Source: Euryarchaeota archaeon UBA126
Lineage (GTDB): Archaea > Thermoplasmatota > Poseidoniia > Poseidoniales > Thalassarchaeaceae
Assembly (NCBI GenBank): GCA_002497025.1
Contig: DAMG01000041.1
Location: 1 to 44,747, forward strand
DNA length: 44,747 nt
Reading direction: 5' to 3'
Part shown: in pieces, positions 27,161-36,025 of the stretch
Layout of the letters: the number at the start of each line of letters is the position of its first letter
Position numbering within the stretch: the stretch's first letter is position 1
The notes under the pieces: model-generated
Databases searched by the model: none
Seen by the model: the letters and a program-made list of their open reading frames with translations, nothing else
What the model was told of the DNA's origin: nothing
Position numbers and translations under genes: made by a program

Positions 27161-27179
27161 GACTCAACGAGGGGGTTGA
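27135..27179 (-). promoter_or_regulatory. Perfect 11-bp inverted repeat TCAACCCCCTC-N23-GAGGGGGTTGA enclosing the start codon of the Nudix-MBL gene
   Basis: Read directly. Left arm 27135-27145 encodes codons 6-9 (P E G V E). Right arm 27169-27179 is in the 5' flank. The ATG (27158-27160) sits in the loop. An internal TCAAC copy (27164-27168) allows an alternative 5-bp pairing. Confidence 0.4.
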
Positions 27180-27246
27180 CCGCTTCAATCCAGCCCTGAG
27201 CGTAGCCTCTCGGCAAACTCAAGTCAGACATCTCTCAGGAAAGAAC

Positions 27247-28110
27247 ATGAGCGCTGGCGACTTTGACTACATTACCATTGGACATACCAATACAGCCACA
27301 GGCCATCGCCAGCATGAAGTGCAAATGCCTAGGTTTGGTCTAGGAGTTTGGCAAATGTCCGAAGGGGGCGAATGTCGTAGCGCTGTTAAGCATGCAATCA
27401 ACAATGGATATCGACTAATCGACACTGCAAGATCTTACGCAAACGAAACCGAGACGGGAGCGGCTATTCGAGATAGCGAGGTTGCAAGAGAGGAGATATT
27501 TGTCGTAACTAAACTACGAAGGCCACACGCGACAAGTTATGAAGCCGCTTTAGAGCACTGTCGAAGTAGCCTAGATATGCTTGGATTGGATTCTATTGAC
27601 CTATATCTCGTTCATGCTCCTCCTGAAGATATCGGCGCTAGAGCAGAGGTTTGGAGAGGAATGGAAGAATGTCTCGCTCGTGGATGGGCTAGATCGATTG
27701 GAGTCAGTAATTATGGCGCCCACCATCTAGATGATATGCGATCCTATGCCACCATTTTACCTGCTGTCAATCAGGTGGAATTACACCCTTGGAATCAGCG
27801 ACCTGCACTCCGTGCAGCAACAGAAGCTATAGGGGCCAATGTAATGGCTTACTCACCATTGGCAAGAGGTCACAAAGTGGAATGCGATAATCTCACAAAG
27901 ATAGCAAAATCACTAGGCTGCACACCAGCCCAAGCTGCGATTAAATGGGTTTACGATACTGGTGCGATTACCATTCCTAAATCGAGCAATCCCAGTAGAA
28001 TAGACGAGAATCTTGCGAGTTTGAAAGTAGATCTTAACGGTAAAGAATCTGCGTTTAATCAATTAGAAGAAGCCTATGTTTCTGGTTGGAACCCAACTGC
28101 CGAACCTTGA
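27247..28110 (+). CDS. Aldo/keto reductase (2,5-diketo-D-gluconate reductase-like)
   Basis: 287 aa. GYRLIDTARSYANE (catalytic Asp/Tyr region), VVTKL (Lys), DLYLVHAP (His), IGVSNY, and C-terminal IPKSSNPSRIDEN. Confidence 0.88.
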   Translation: MSAGDFDYITIGHTNTATGHRQHEVQMPRFGLGVWQMSEGGECRSAVKHAINNGYRLIDTARSYANETETGAAIRDSEVAREEIFVVTKLRRPHATSYEAALEHCRSSLDMLGLDSIDLYLVHAPPEDIGARAEVWRGMEECLARGWARSIGVSNYGAHHLDDMRSYATILPAVNQVELHPWNQRPALRAATEAIGANVMAYSPLARGHKVECDNLTKIAKSLGCTPAQAAIKWVYDTGAITIPKSSNPSRIDENLASLKVDLNGKESAFNQLEEAYVSGWNPTAEP

Positions 28111-28119
28111 GGAATAAAA

Positions 28120-28299
28120 ATGAGAGACCCCGAGACTATTGAAGAAGAATTAGCTCTGTTCGCAGAGGCTATAGAAGCCGGTATTGACCCCTTTCCTGAA
28201 CCAAAGAAGGAGACTCCTTGGGCTAGATATGCCGTTGCTTGGTTTATGATTATCCTAATGATTTCATTCGCTTCTAGATTACTCAACCGTGCACTGTGA
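28120..28299 (+). CDS. Unlisted 59-codon ORF: small tail-anchored membrane protein (hypothetical)
   Basis: Translated by hand: MRDPETIEEELALFAEAIEAGIDPFPEPKKETPWARYAVAWFMIILMISFASRLLNRAL*. The ATG is 9 nt after the AKR stop and is preceded by GAGGA. Acidic head plus one TM helix. One codon below the ORF-track cutoff. Confidence 0.4.
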   Translation: MRDPETIEEELALFAEAIEAGIDPFPEPKKETPWARYAVAWFMIILMISFASRLLNRAL

Positions 28300-28305
28300 T
28301 TTGTT

Positions 28306-28381
28306 TGGTAGTCCCTCCCGGATTTGAACCAGGGTCATGGCATCCAGAGTGCCATATGATGGACCGCTACACTAAGGGACT
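28306..28381 (-). tRNA. tRNA-Gln (anticodon CTG), CCA encoded
   Basis: Reverse complement folds as acceptor AGTCCCT/AGGGACT (A1:U72, typical of archaeal tRNA-Gln), anticodon stem TGGCA/TGCCA with loop CTCTGGA, T arm CCTGG-TTCAAAT-CCGGG, discriminator A and CCA. Confidence 0.88.
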
Positions 28382-28402
28382 AGCGACTCGCCGAGTCGGG
28401 TC

Positions 28403-28420
28403 GTATATTTCAACAAAACC
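28403..28420 (-). promoter_or_regulatory. tRNA-Gln TATA box (AAATATAC on the minus strand) immediately preceded by an oligo-T tract (GGTTTTGTTG) that could terminate the kor operon
   Basis: The TATA is centred about 25 nt upstream of the tRNA 5' end at 28381. The T-tract lies 27-35 nt after the korB stop. Confidence 0.35.
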
Positions 28421-28446
28421 GCTCGATAGATTATCCACTCAATTAC

Positions 28447-29484
28447 TCAAGCGCGGAAAGATTGGTTGAGTTCTTTCAAGGCAGCCTTACTTGGCCTTAA
28501 TTCATCCTCAGATAAATCCACTAAAGGAGTGTCAGTAAGGCCCAGTGCCTCGTCAGCGGTCTTCATCTCTGAATCATAATAGAGAAGTCCCGTGACATGC
28601 TTATCATTTTCTTCAGCCTCATGAATCGCTGCCAATGCAGCGACCGGATTACCAGGGTCGTGATCATCCCCAAGTGTTTCTAATCTCAGGGTTGAACCAT
28701 CAAATAGGCTGATGTCCTCGAATTGACCTTCTGGAACTTCTACCTCTTCGATAGGCGTAAAGTGTGGGATGTAATCAACGGTGTGTAGTTCCTCTTCGTT
28801 TCCTTTAACATAGTTATAAGACCGGTATGATTCATCATTATTTGCGAAAGTAACACAAGGTGAAATCACATCGATTATTGCCATTCCCTTGTGCGATAAG
28901 GCGGCTCGTAATAGTGCAGTTAACTGCTTTTTTGAACCTGAAAATGATCTCGCCACGAAACCACATCCAAGGTTAATTGCCATTTTACAAAGATCGATTG
29001 GAGGATTTTCGTTGGTCGCCCCCTTCTTTTTCTTCGAACCCTTTTCCACCGTTGCAGAATACTGGCCCTTTGTCAGGCCATAAACTCCGTTATTTTCAAT
29101 AATGTAGACCATGTTTAGATTACGTCTAATCGCATGGATAAATTGTCCAATTCCAATTGAAGCGGTATCACCGTCACCAGATACGCCGAGGAAGGCGAGG
29201 TCCTTGTTGACCATGTTTGCACCGGTTGTAACCGAAGGCATTCTACCGTGTACTGTGTTGAATCCGTGAGACTTGCCGAGGAAGTATGCAGGGGTCTTGG
29301 AAGAACACCCGATACCTGACATCTTAGCAATTCTTTCTGGTGAAATACCATTTTCCCAAGCTGCTTGAATGATTACGTTGGAGATTTGGTCGTGTCCACA
29401 ACCAGGACATAGTGAGGAAGGCCCTCCGGTGTAGTCAGCCTTTGGTAGGTCGATAACATTGAGTTTAATCGCCCTCATGCTCAT
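28447..29484 (-). CDS. korB: 2-oxoacid:ferredoxin oxidoreductase, beta (TPP-binding) subunit
   Basis: CPGCGH near the N-terminus, the GIGCSS segment, and TPP-binding GDGD...NNGVYGLTKGQ. ATGA overlap with the upstream alpha subunit. Confidence 0.86.
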   Translation of the reverse strand: MSMRAIKLNVIDLPKADYTGGPSSLCPGCGHDQISNVIIQAAWENGISPERIAKMSGIGCSSKTPAYFLGKSHGFNTVHGRMPSVTTGANMVNKDLAFLGVSGDGDTASIGIGQFIHAIRRNLNMVYIIENNGVYGLTKGQYSATVEKGSKKKKGATNENPPIDLCKMAINLGCGFVARSFSGSKKQLTALLRAALSHKGMAIIDVISPCVTFANNDESYRSYNYVKGNEEELHTVDYIPHFTPIEEVEVPEGQFEDISLFDGSTLRLETLGDDHDPGNPVAALAAIHEAEENDKHVTGLLYYDSEMKTADEALGLTDTPLVDLSEDELRPSKAALKELNQSFRA

Positions 29485-31283
29485 GCTATCACCTCTTTTG
29501 TATCGCCAGATAAGGTCTGCAATATCATCTCAGCATACACCCGGGCCCGCGGGGGAATTCCATCACTAAAGGCGACGGAATACAACTTGCTCAGGTGTTC
29601 AACAGGTAATTCTTTCCGAAGGATTCCGAAAAGTTGTCCATCTCTATTTATTTCCAAGACTACAACTTGGTCATGTTCTGCTATGAAGCGCTCTACCTCT
29701 GAATGGTATGGTAGCGCTCTAACTCTACAAGTGCTGACCTTCATGCCGGTAGTTGATTCTAGAATATCGTCGATTTCTGTAATCGTATTCTCGACTGACC
29801 CATAGTAGATTATTCCCACTTGCTTGTCGTTTTCCTCGCGCATTACTGGAGCAGGAAGTTTATCCCTCGCGCCCTCAATTTTGCGCTTTAAGCGAGCCAC
29901 CGTTGCAGCATATACTTCAGGGTCTTCCGAATATACTCCATCTTCATCATGACCAGTTCCTCTGTAAAGAATCGGCTCTAATCCGCTACCGGGGAGAGTT
30001 CGGTATGGAATACCATCTCCGTCTACATCTCTATATCGGCCAAAATTCTCGATAGCATCAAGTTGTTCTTGAGTTCTGATTACCTTACCCCTGTCTAAAT
30101 TCTGATCAGGGTATTCGAATCCCGCTGTAACCCACCGATTCATTCCTAAATCTAGGTCTGAGAACCCAAAGACAAGAGTTTGGAATTGTTCTGCTACGTC
30201 AAAAGACCGCCAGCCAAATTCAAAGCATTCATCGACAGTTCCTGGAATCAACACAATATGTTGAGTATCTCCATGGCTGGCTTCGTATAGCATAGTTAGG
30301 TCACTTTGCTGAGTTCTGGTTGGCAGCCCGGTTGAAGGTCCGACTCTGTTAACATCCCAAATCACGCCAGGAACCTCTGCAAAGTAAGCCAATCCAATGA
30401 ATTCGGACATCAAGGAAATACCAGGGCCGCTGGTACATGTCATTCCTCTTCCACCAGCCCAACCGGCTCCAACTACCATTCCAACAGCCGCTAATTCATC
30501 TTCTGCTTGGATAACTGCACAAGTAGCCCCACCATCTTCTGCTTCGCGCAATTTTGGTAACCAAGATATAATTGATTCAGCAAGTGAAGAAGAAGGGGTA
30601 ATCGGATACCAAGATAGCATGTTGATTCCACCGAAAATACATCCCAAAGCCGCCGCTTCGTTACCTTCGATTAGGAATGTGTTTGGGTCTTTGTCTCGCG
30701 CAGCAACAGAGTAGCCAATATCACAATTCCAGTTTTCTCTAGCAAAGCCCCTGCCCTCCGAAATCGCCTGCAGATTCAATTCAATTGCCTTTTCTTTACC
30801 CCTAAATTGTTGAATCACAGCGGAAGCGATTGCTGAATCTTCGATACCGAGAATTTCAGCAAGTGCCCCTACATAGTACATGTTTGCAATCATTCTAGCG
30901 AGTTTTGGATTAATTGCGCGAGCCATCTTTGTCATTGGCATTCCGAGCACAATACAATCCTCTCTTTCAACTGGTAGTTTTACATCCATGTTGTGGATAA
31001 TAATTGTCCCGGGCTCAGCCTTTTCCACATCAGCCAGCCAAGTATCCTTGTTCATCACAACCTGAATGTGTGTGAAATCTCCTGGAGCCTGATAACCCTC
31101 ATCACTAGCTCGGATGATAAACCAAGTTGGTAGCCCAGATATGTTGCTGGGGAAGAGATTCTTCCCACTTACAGGTACACCCATTTCGAACATCGAATGA
31201 AGCAGAATCAGGTTTGCAGACTGCGACCCTGTTCCATTTGCAGTTGCGATATTGACTGTGAAATCGTTGACGATATCTGCCAT
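29481..31283 (-). CDS. korA: 2-oxoacid:ferredoxin oxidoreductase, alpha subunit (fused gamma-like N-terminus)
   Basis: N-terminal ATANGTGSQSANLIL (gamma/domain III-like), then GNEAAALG and PITPSS pyrimidine-binding domain motifs. About 600 aa, typical of two-subunit OFORs. The ATG at 31283 (MADIVNDF) is preferred over the ORF-track start at 31334. Confidence 0.86.
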   Translation of the reverse strand: MADIVNDFTVNIATANGTGSQSANLILLHSMFEMGVPVSGKNLFPSNISGLPTWFIIRASDEGYQAPGDFTHIQVVMNKDTWLADVEKAEPGTIIIHNMDVKLPVEREDCIVLGMPMTKMARAINPKLARMIANMYYVGALAEILGIEDSAIASAVIQQFRGKEKAIELNLQAISEGRGFARENWNCDIGYSVAARDKDPNTFLIEGNEAAALGCIFGGINMLSWYPITPSSSLAESIISWLPKLREAEDGGATCAVIQAEDELAAVGMVVGAGWAGGRGMTCTSGPGISLMSEFIGLAYFAEVPGVIWDVNRVGPSTGLPTRTQQSDLTMLYEASHGDTQHIVLIPGTVDECFEFGWRSFDVAEQFQTLVFGFSDLDLGMNRWVTAGFEYPDQNLDRGKVIRTQEQLDAIENFGRYRDVDGDGIPYRTLPGSGLEPILYRGTGHDEDGVYSEDPEVYAATVARLKRKIEGARDKLPAPVMREENDKQVGIIYYGSVENTITEIDDILESTTGMKVSTCRVRALPYHSEVERFIAEHDQVVVLEINRDGQLFGILRKELPVEHLSKLYSVAFSDGIPPRARVYAEMILQTLSGDTKEVIA

Positions 31284-31461
31284 CGTTTGAGGTCTCCGGG
31301 GGGGTCTGTGGGCACATACGGTATGCTTGCGCAACGTGGGCCGTGTTAATTCCGGTCTTAGCCGTTCCCGTTCCGTAATTCCTCATTCCCAAAGTCATCA
31401 TACAGTCATAATCGCGCTCTAAAGGTTTGATTTCCCATCCGTTGCGGTTTTCAAGGGGTGT

Positions 31462-32523
31462 ATGGTCGGCGGACGTATGCCTACAGGACCGAGCGCTCTG
31501 AAGGACGCCCTGTCCCGAGCCACATCAATGATTGATTCTGGAGACGTAGATAGTGCTCTAGAACTACTTAGAACTGAAGCATGGACTGCAGCTGAAAACA
31601 ACTCTCAGAAGGTACAGGTAATTTCCTTGGCAGCCGAGGCAAAGATTGCCAAAGGCGATATCGACATGGGCAATCGCAAAATGCATTGGCAAGATGCGCA
31701 CAATAGCTACCAACGCGCACTAAAACTCGAACCATCAAACAAAGATATCCGTCGAGCTCAGAATAAATTAGCATCGATGATGGACGAGCAATCGATTTCA
31801 TTGGGCAAAGGTTTGCAGCTATTCGATGACGGAAATCCAACACCAGCAGGACTTGCTGTCGTATTTGTAGGGATTATGGTATTCTTAGTTGCCTTCAAAT
31901 TTGCAGGAGAGTCGCTCGAAGAGCCATTGGAAAGTACCGAAGTTACCCTACAAGTCTCATACATTCACCCTGATGATCCCAATTCTCGTGTAGAGGGGGA
32001 AATCGTCATACAATTGTATGCCTCAGAAGCACCGAAGCACGTAGAGAACTTCCTGTATCTAGTCGACAATGGAATGTATGACTCAACAATCTTCCATCGA
32101 ATAATTGATGGTTTTATGATACAAGGTGGAGACATTGATGACATGAATGGCGCAGGTGGTTATGCAGGAGTTTGGTATGGTTATTGTAATGGACAGATAT
32201 CTGGAAGCAATGGAGAAATTTACACCTCTGAAAATTGTCCAAGAGATGATTGGACTGTACCTGACGAGGCGGATAACGGCCTCTTGCACGAACCAAGCGT
32301 AATTGCCATGGCAAAGACTCAAAATCCAAATACAGCAGGTAGCCAGTTTTACATTGTCCCCTCTGATAGTACACCAAGTCACCTTGACGGTGTTCACACA
32401 GTATTCGGAATGGTTACTTCAGGAATGAACCATGTTGATGCGATTAGCGAAGTGACAACTGGTGGTAGCCAAGGTAGCGAACCGGTTGATGATGTTCGAC
32501 TAATTCAGGCCTACAGAAATTGA
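31462..32523 (+). CDS. Cyclophilin-type peptidyl-prolyl isomerase with an N-terminal TPR-like region and one TM helix
   Basis: C-terminal domain has FHRIIDGFMIQGGD, SVIAMAKT..PNTAGSQFYI and HTVFGMV. The N-terminal 110 aa are helical and TPR-like (AHNSYQRALKLEPSNKD). TM segment GLAVVFVGIMVFLVAFKFAG. Confidence 0.85.
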   Translation: MVGGRMPTGPSALKDALSRATSMIDSGDVDSALELLRTEAWTAAENNSQKVQVISLAAEAKIAKGDIDMGNRKMHWQDAHNSYQRALKLEPSNKDIRRAQNKLASMMDEQSISLGKGLQLFDDGNPTPAGLAVVFVGIMVFLVAFKFAGESLEEPLESTEVTLQVSYIHPDDPNSRVEGEIVIQLYASEAPKHVENFLYLVDNGMYDSTIFHRIIDGFMIQGGDIDDMNGAGGYAGVWYGYCNGQISGSNGEIYTSENCPRDDWTVPDEADNGLLHEPSVIAMAKTQNPNTAGSQFYIVPSDSTPSHLDGVHTVFGMVTSGMNHVDAISEVTTGGSQGSEPVDDVRLIQAYRN

Positions 32524-32613
32524 TATTGGCATAACCTTGGCTATCGGATAGAATACTTCCAATAGTCACATTGATGGAGGGTTCCCTAACCCAATAAATC
32601 CCGGGGTGTCGCA

Positions 32614-35298
32614 ATGAAGGATTCAGAAGGCTTTGATTCTCTGAGATCATTTAGTAAATCTGACGGCACTGAAGCCGACTTTCACTCACTTTCTCATCTG
32701 CAAGAATTAGGCCTATGTGACCTCGATTCTCTTCCCTTTACAATTCGATTATTATTGGAAGCCGCGTTGCGAAAATGCGATGGTTTCCTCATTACTCGTG
32801 AAGATGTTGAACGCATCGCATCTTGGTCACCTACAATGACTCCTGAAGAAATTCCATTCTCGCCAAGTCGGGTGATTTTACAGGACTTCACAGGAGTGCC
32901 TGCTGTTGTTGATATTGCAGCCCTTAGGGACGCAATGGTAGAGTTGGGTGGAAATCCTGAGAAAGTAAATCCACAAGTCCCAGTCGATTTGGTAATCGAT
33001 CATTCCGTTCAGGTTGATGTATCCGGGTTATTCTCAGATGCAAGAGAGAGAAATTTGGAGATTGAATACCAACGAAATATGGAGCGCTATGAATTCCTTA
33101 AATGGGGTCAGCAAAGTTTGGATAATTTCCGTGCAGTACCTCCCGGAAGGGGGATTGTTCATCAGGTAAATCTAGAGTGGATTGCTAGCGTAGCCAGAGA
33201 TGAAAATGGTGTTTGGTTACCGGACACTCTAGTTGGTACTGATAGTCACACAACTATGATCAACGGGCTCGGAGTTTTAGGTTGGGGAGTCGGTGGAATT
33301 GAGGCTGAGGCGGTAATGCTAGGTCAGCCGATTTACATGCTTCTTCCCGAAGTTTGTGGTTTTGAGTTAACAGGCTCTCTCAGACCTGGAGTCACAGCCA
33401 CCGATATGACACTCAGAATAGTGGAGATGTTGAGGGCTCATGGTGTGGTTGGTAAGTTTGTAGAATTCCATGGTTCTGGGCTTGCAAACCTAAGTCTTCC
33501 CGACAGGGCAACAATTGCCAACATGGCTCCTGAATACGGAGCAACATGTGGATTCTTTCCAGTCGATGAAACCACGTTAGATTACATGCGACTTTCTGGT
33601 AGGGAAGAGTCTCATATTGAGGATGTTAAACGATATCTCACAGCTCAAGGAATGTTCCATACATCCGAAACTCCTCCTCCCTCCTTTACAAGCAATCTAT
33701 CGCTCGATTTATCGACCGTAGAACCTGCATTGGCTGGTCCCAAAAGGCCTCAGGATAGGGTCGATCTTTCAGCTATGAAAAACCATTGGAAAACAAGTCT
33801 AAATGCACCTGTTGGACATAGTGGACATGGCATTCATGAAAGTAAGAATGATTCCTCTGCTAAAATTGGCTCTAGAGGTGTTGATCTGAAACACGGTGAT
33901 ATCGTAATCGCTGCTATTACGAGTTGCACTAACACCAGTAATCCAAGTGTAATGATTGCTGCTGGTTTACTGGCAAGAAAAGCCAGACAAGCGGGCTTAA
34001 CAATTGCACCAAGTGTAAAACCAAGTTTAGCGCCTGGTTCTCGAGTAGTCACTGAGTATTTTGATGCGGCTGGACTTACTGAGGATTTAGATTCACTTGG
34101 TTTCAGTGTCGTAGGATATGGTTGCACAACCTGTATTGGAAATTCTGGACCCCTGGACGCCGATATTGAAGCAGCAATTGATGAGGCGGATTTGATTGTT
34201 GGAAGTGTACTTTCAGGAAATCGAAATTTCGAGGGAAGAATACACCAGAAGGTCAAAGCAAATTATCTCGCAAGCCCCCCTCTGGTAGTTGCTTATGCAA
34301 TCGCTGGAACACTAGATATCGATTTTGAGACAGATCCGGTTGGTAACGGCCAAAATGGTCCAGTGATGCTAGCCGACATATGGCCGAGTGATGACGAAAT
34401 AAAGCAAACTATAGCCAATTCAATCGACCCTGAAATGTTCCGAAGACGCTACTCAGATGTTCTGCAGGAACCTCGATGGGACGCAATTAGTAGTTCTGAA
34501 TCCGCCCTATATCCTTGGGCAGATGAATCAACTTATGTTCGTCTTCCGTCTTTCTTTGAAGGAATTCTCCCTGAACCTGCTCCAATAGAACCTATCCACG
34601 GAGCTAAAGTTCTGCTCAAGTTAGGAGATTCTGTAACCACAGATCACATTAGTCCAGCCGGCGCATTCCCCCACAATGGGCCAGCCGGCCAATACCTCAT
34701 TTCGAAGGGTGTAGAACCTCGAGATTTCAATTCCTTTGGAAGCCGCCGAGGTAACCATGAAGTGATGATGAGAGGCACTTTTGCTAATGTTCGGATTCGT
34801 AATCACATAGCTTACGGGACCGAGGGCGGATTCACTACTCATTTCCCAACCGATGAAGTAGTCTCGGTATTCGATGCAAGCATGAGATACCAAGCTGAAG
34901 GAACGCCTCTGGTGGTCTTAGCGGGCACTCAATATGGCACAGGTAGTAGCAGAGACTGGGCTGCCAAAGGCACCCTTCTCCTTGGGGTGAAGGCAGTAAT
35001 TGCAACCTCCTTTGAGCGAATTCATCGTTCCAATCTAGTTGGTATGGGTGTACTTCCATTGACCTTCCCAGAGGGAGATAACGCTGATTCTTTGGGTCTT
35101 GATGGAACTGAGACTTTTGATATTCCTGCTACTGCTGACCTAATTCCGCTATCCTCCATAACCGTCAAAGCGACGAAGGAAAGTGGAGAGGTTATCGAAT
35201 TCGATGCAGTCGTAAGACTAGACACGCCTGTTGAGGTCGACTATTACCGAAATGGTGGAATCCTTCAGGCCGTTTTGCGCAATTTGGCAAATACTTGA
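32614..35298 (+). CDS. acnA: Aconitate hydratase A
   Basis: 894 aa. [29 protein letters not shown] (Fe-S cluster cysteines), GNRNFEGR and the swivel-domain SSRDWAAKG motif. Confidence 0.95.
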   Translation: MKDSEGFDSLRSFSKSDGTEADFHSLSHLQELGLCDLDSLPFTIRLLLEAALRKCDGFLITREDVERIASWSPTMTPEEIPFSPSRVILQDFTGVPAVVDIAALRDAMVELGGNPEKVNPQVPVDLVIDHSVQVDVSGLFSDARERNLEIEYQRNMERYEFLKWGQQSLDNFRAVPPGRGIVHQVNLEWIASVARDENGVWLPDTLVGTDSHTTMINGLGVLGWGVGGIEAEAVMLGQPIYMLLPEVCGFELTGSLRPGVTATDMTLRIVEMLRAHGVVGKFVEFHGSGLANLSLPDRATIANMAPEYGATCGFFPVDETTLDYMRLSGREESHIEDVKRYLTAQGMFHTSETPPPSFTSNLSLDLSTVEPALAGPKRPQDRVDLSAMKNHWKTSLNAPVGHSGHGIHESKNDSSAKIGSRGVDLKHGDIVIAAITSCTNTSNPSVMIAAGLLARKARQAGLTIAPSVKPSLAPGSRVVTEYFDAAGLTEDLDSLGFSVVGYGCTTCIGNSGPLDADIEAAIDEADLIVGSVLSGNRNFEGRIHQKVKANYLASPPLVVAYAIAGTLDIDFETDPVGNGQNGPVMLADIWPSDDEIKQTIANSIDPEMFRRRYSDVLQEPRWDAISSSESALYPWADESTYVRLPSFFEGILPEPAPIEPIHGAKVLLKLGDSVTTDHISPAGAFPHNGPAGQYLISKGVEPRDFNSFGSRRGNHEVMMRGTFANVRIRNHIAYGTEGGFTTHFPTDEVVSVFDASMRYQAEGTPLVVLAGTQYGTGSSRDWAAKGTLLLGVKAVIATSFERIHRSNLVGMGVLPLTFPEGDNADSLGLDGTETFDIPATADLIPLSSITVKATKESGEVIEFDAVVRLDTPVEVDYYRNGGILQAVLRNLANT

Positions 35299-35329
35299 AT
35301 TGAAATCTGATAACTTAGCCGGTGATTAC

Positions 35330-35956
35330 ATGTCTGACGAGGAAAACATCCGCTTCTCCTTCCGCTCAAACGAGCATGAAGTAGAAGTTGTAATCCAAGG
35401 CCCTCCGTCTTGGGTTAACCTATATCGGGAAAGAATAGGCCTCGAAGGGGATATCGGATACACACAATCGGTTATTTCCTCAAGTTCAGGAACCTCTGAT
35501 GGCTCTACACCTGTCAAAGAGGCTAGAGAATTACCGGGGCCACCCCCCGACCCAAGTCGATTACCATCCATTGTCAGAGTCGTCGGAGACCTTGACATAG
35601 ATGCCGGAGTTGCAGAGTTAGGCGTCCCTGAGAGAAGCGAACCGAACCTAGCAGAGATTAGCTTATTTTTGGAAGAATTGGAAGAAAACCCCGAGCCTCT
35701 ATCCGATAACATGTCTGGCGATCCAATGGCAGAATCTTGGATTCAGTTAGTTATGACTCTAGTGGTTCGTGAACACGGTCACACCTCTCTTTCAGTAGGC
35801 TCAATAGAGAGTTTATTGGGGGAGCGAATTAACCGTTCAGGATTAGAGTTACAGATGTTCCTAGACAGGCTTTGGCTTCTCGGTAAATTGGAGAGAATAC
35901 ACGGTGGTTCCGAGACTCAATACGCTCCAAATCCCAGTTGGCTCGAAGCGAACTAA
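35330..35956 (+). CDS. Hypothetical 208-aa protein (small N-terminal domain, S/P-rich linker, C-terminal helical possibly winged-helix-like domain)
   Basis: The ATG at 35330 is preceded by GGTGA. The ORF-track start at 35231 overlaps acnA. Acidic composition like its neighbours. No family recognised. Confidence 0.55.
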   Translation: MSDEENIRFSFRSNEHEVEVVIQGPPSWVNLYRERIGLEGDIGYTQSVISSSSGTSDGSTPVKEARELPGPPPDPSRLPSIVRVVGDLDIDAGVAELGVPERSEPNLAEISLFLEELEENPEPLSDNMSGDPMAESWIQLVMTLVVREHGHTSLSVGSIESLLGERINRSGLELQMFLDRLWLLGKLERIHGGSETQYAPNPSWLEAN

Positions 35957-35976
35957 TTATACTGATTAAACCCATC

Positions 35977-35991
35977 AACCCCATAGGGGTT
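35977..35991 (+). terminator. Mini-hairpin AACCCC-ATA-GGGGTT, 21 nt after the stop of the 208-aa gene and upstream of the giant gene
   Basis: Perfect 6-bp stem with a 3-nt A/T loop, read directly. It overlaps the TTG the ORF track uses as the giant ORF start. Confidence 0.3.
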
Positions 35992-36025
35992 GGAAAAACA
36001 TCTCCCCATTAGGCATAATAATGAA

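Noticed and set aside
28074-28286. 70-aa minus-strand ORF between the AKR gene and tRNA-Gln
   Set aside because: It overlaps the AKR 3' end and has no RBS or TATA. The plus-strand 59-codon ORF with an RBS and a TM helix is more plausible.
31362-31376. Tandem CCGTTC CCGTTC CGT in the korA/cyclophilin divergent region
   Set aside because: Only 2.5 copies of a hexamer, with no matching half-site elsewhere. Insufficient to call a regulatory repeat.
32579-32592. Hairpin GGGTT-CCCT-AACCC just upstream of acnA, and the adjacent AATAAAT as the acnA TATA box
   Set aside because: The A/T box is only about 18 nt from the ATG, too close for canonical TATA-to-TSS spacing. The hairpin has the opposite polarity (G-run first) to the family described, and its role is unclear.
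33834-34256. 140-aa antisense ORF inside acnA, and the many similar 60-110-aa ORFs inside other large genes
   Set aside because: They are embedded opposite strongly conserved coding sequence, carry no motifs, and are typical shadow ORFs.
35326-35712. 128-aa antisense ORF inside the 208-aa hypothetical gene
   Set aside because: Low-complexity Ser/Gly/Pro sequence. The plus-strand frame is longer, has an RBS-like GGTGA and matches the acidic composition of its neighbours. Not fully excluded.
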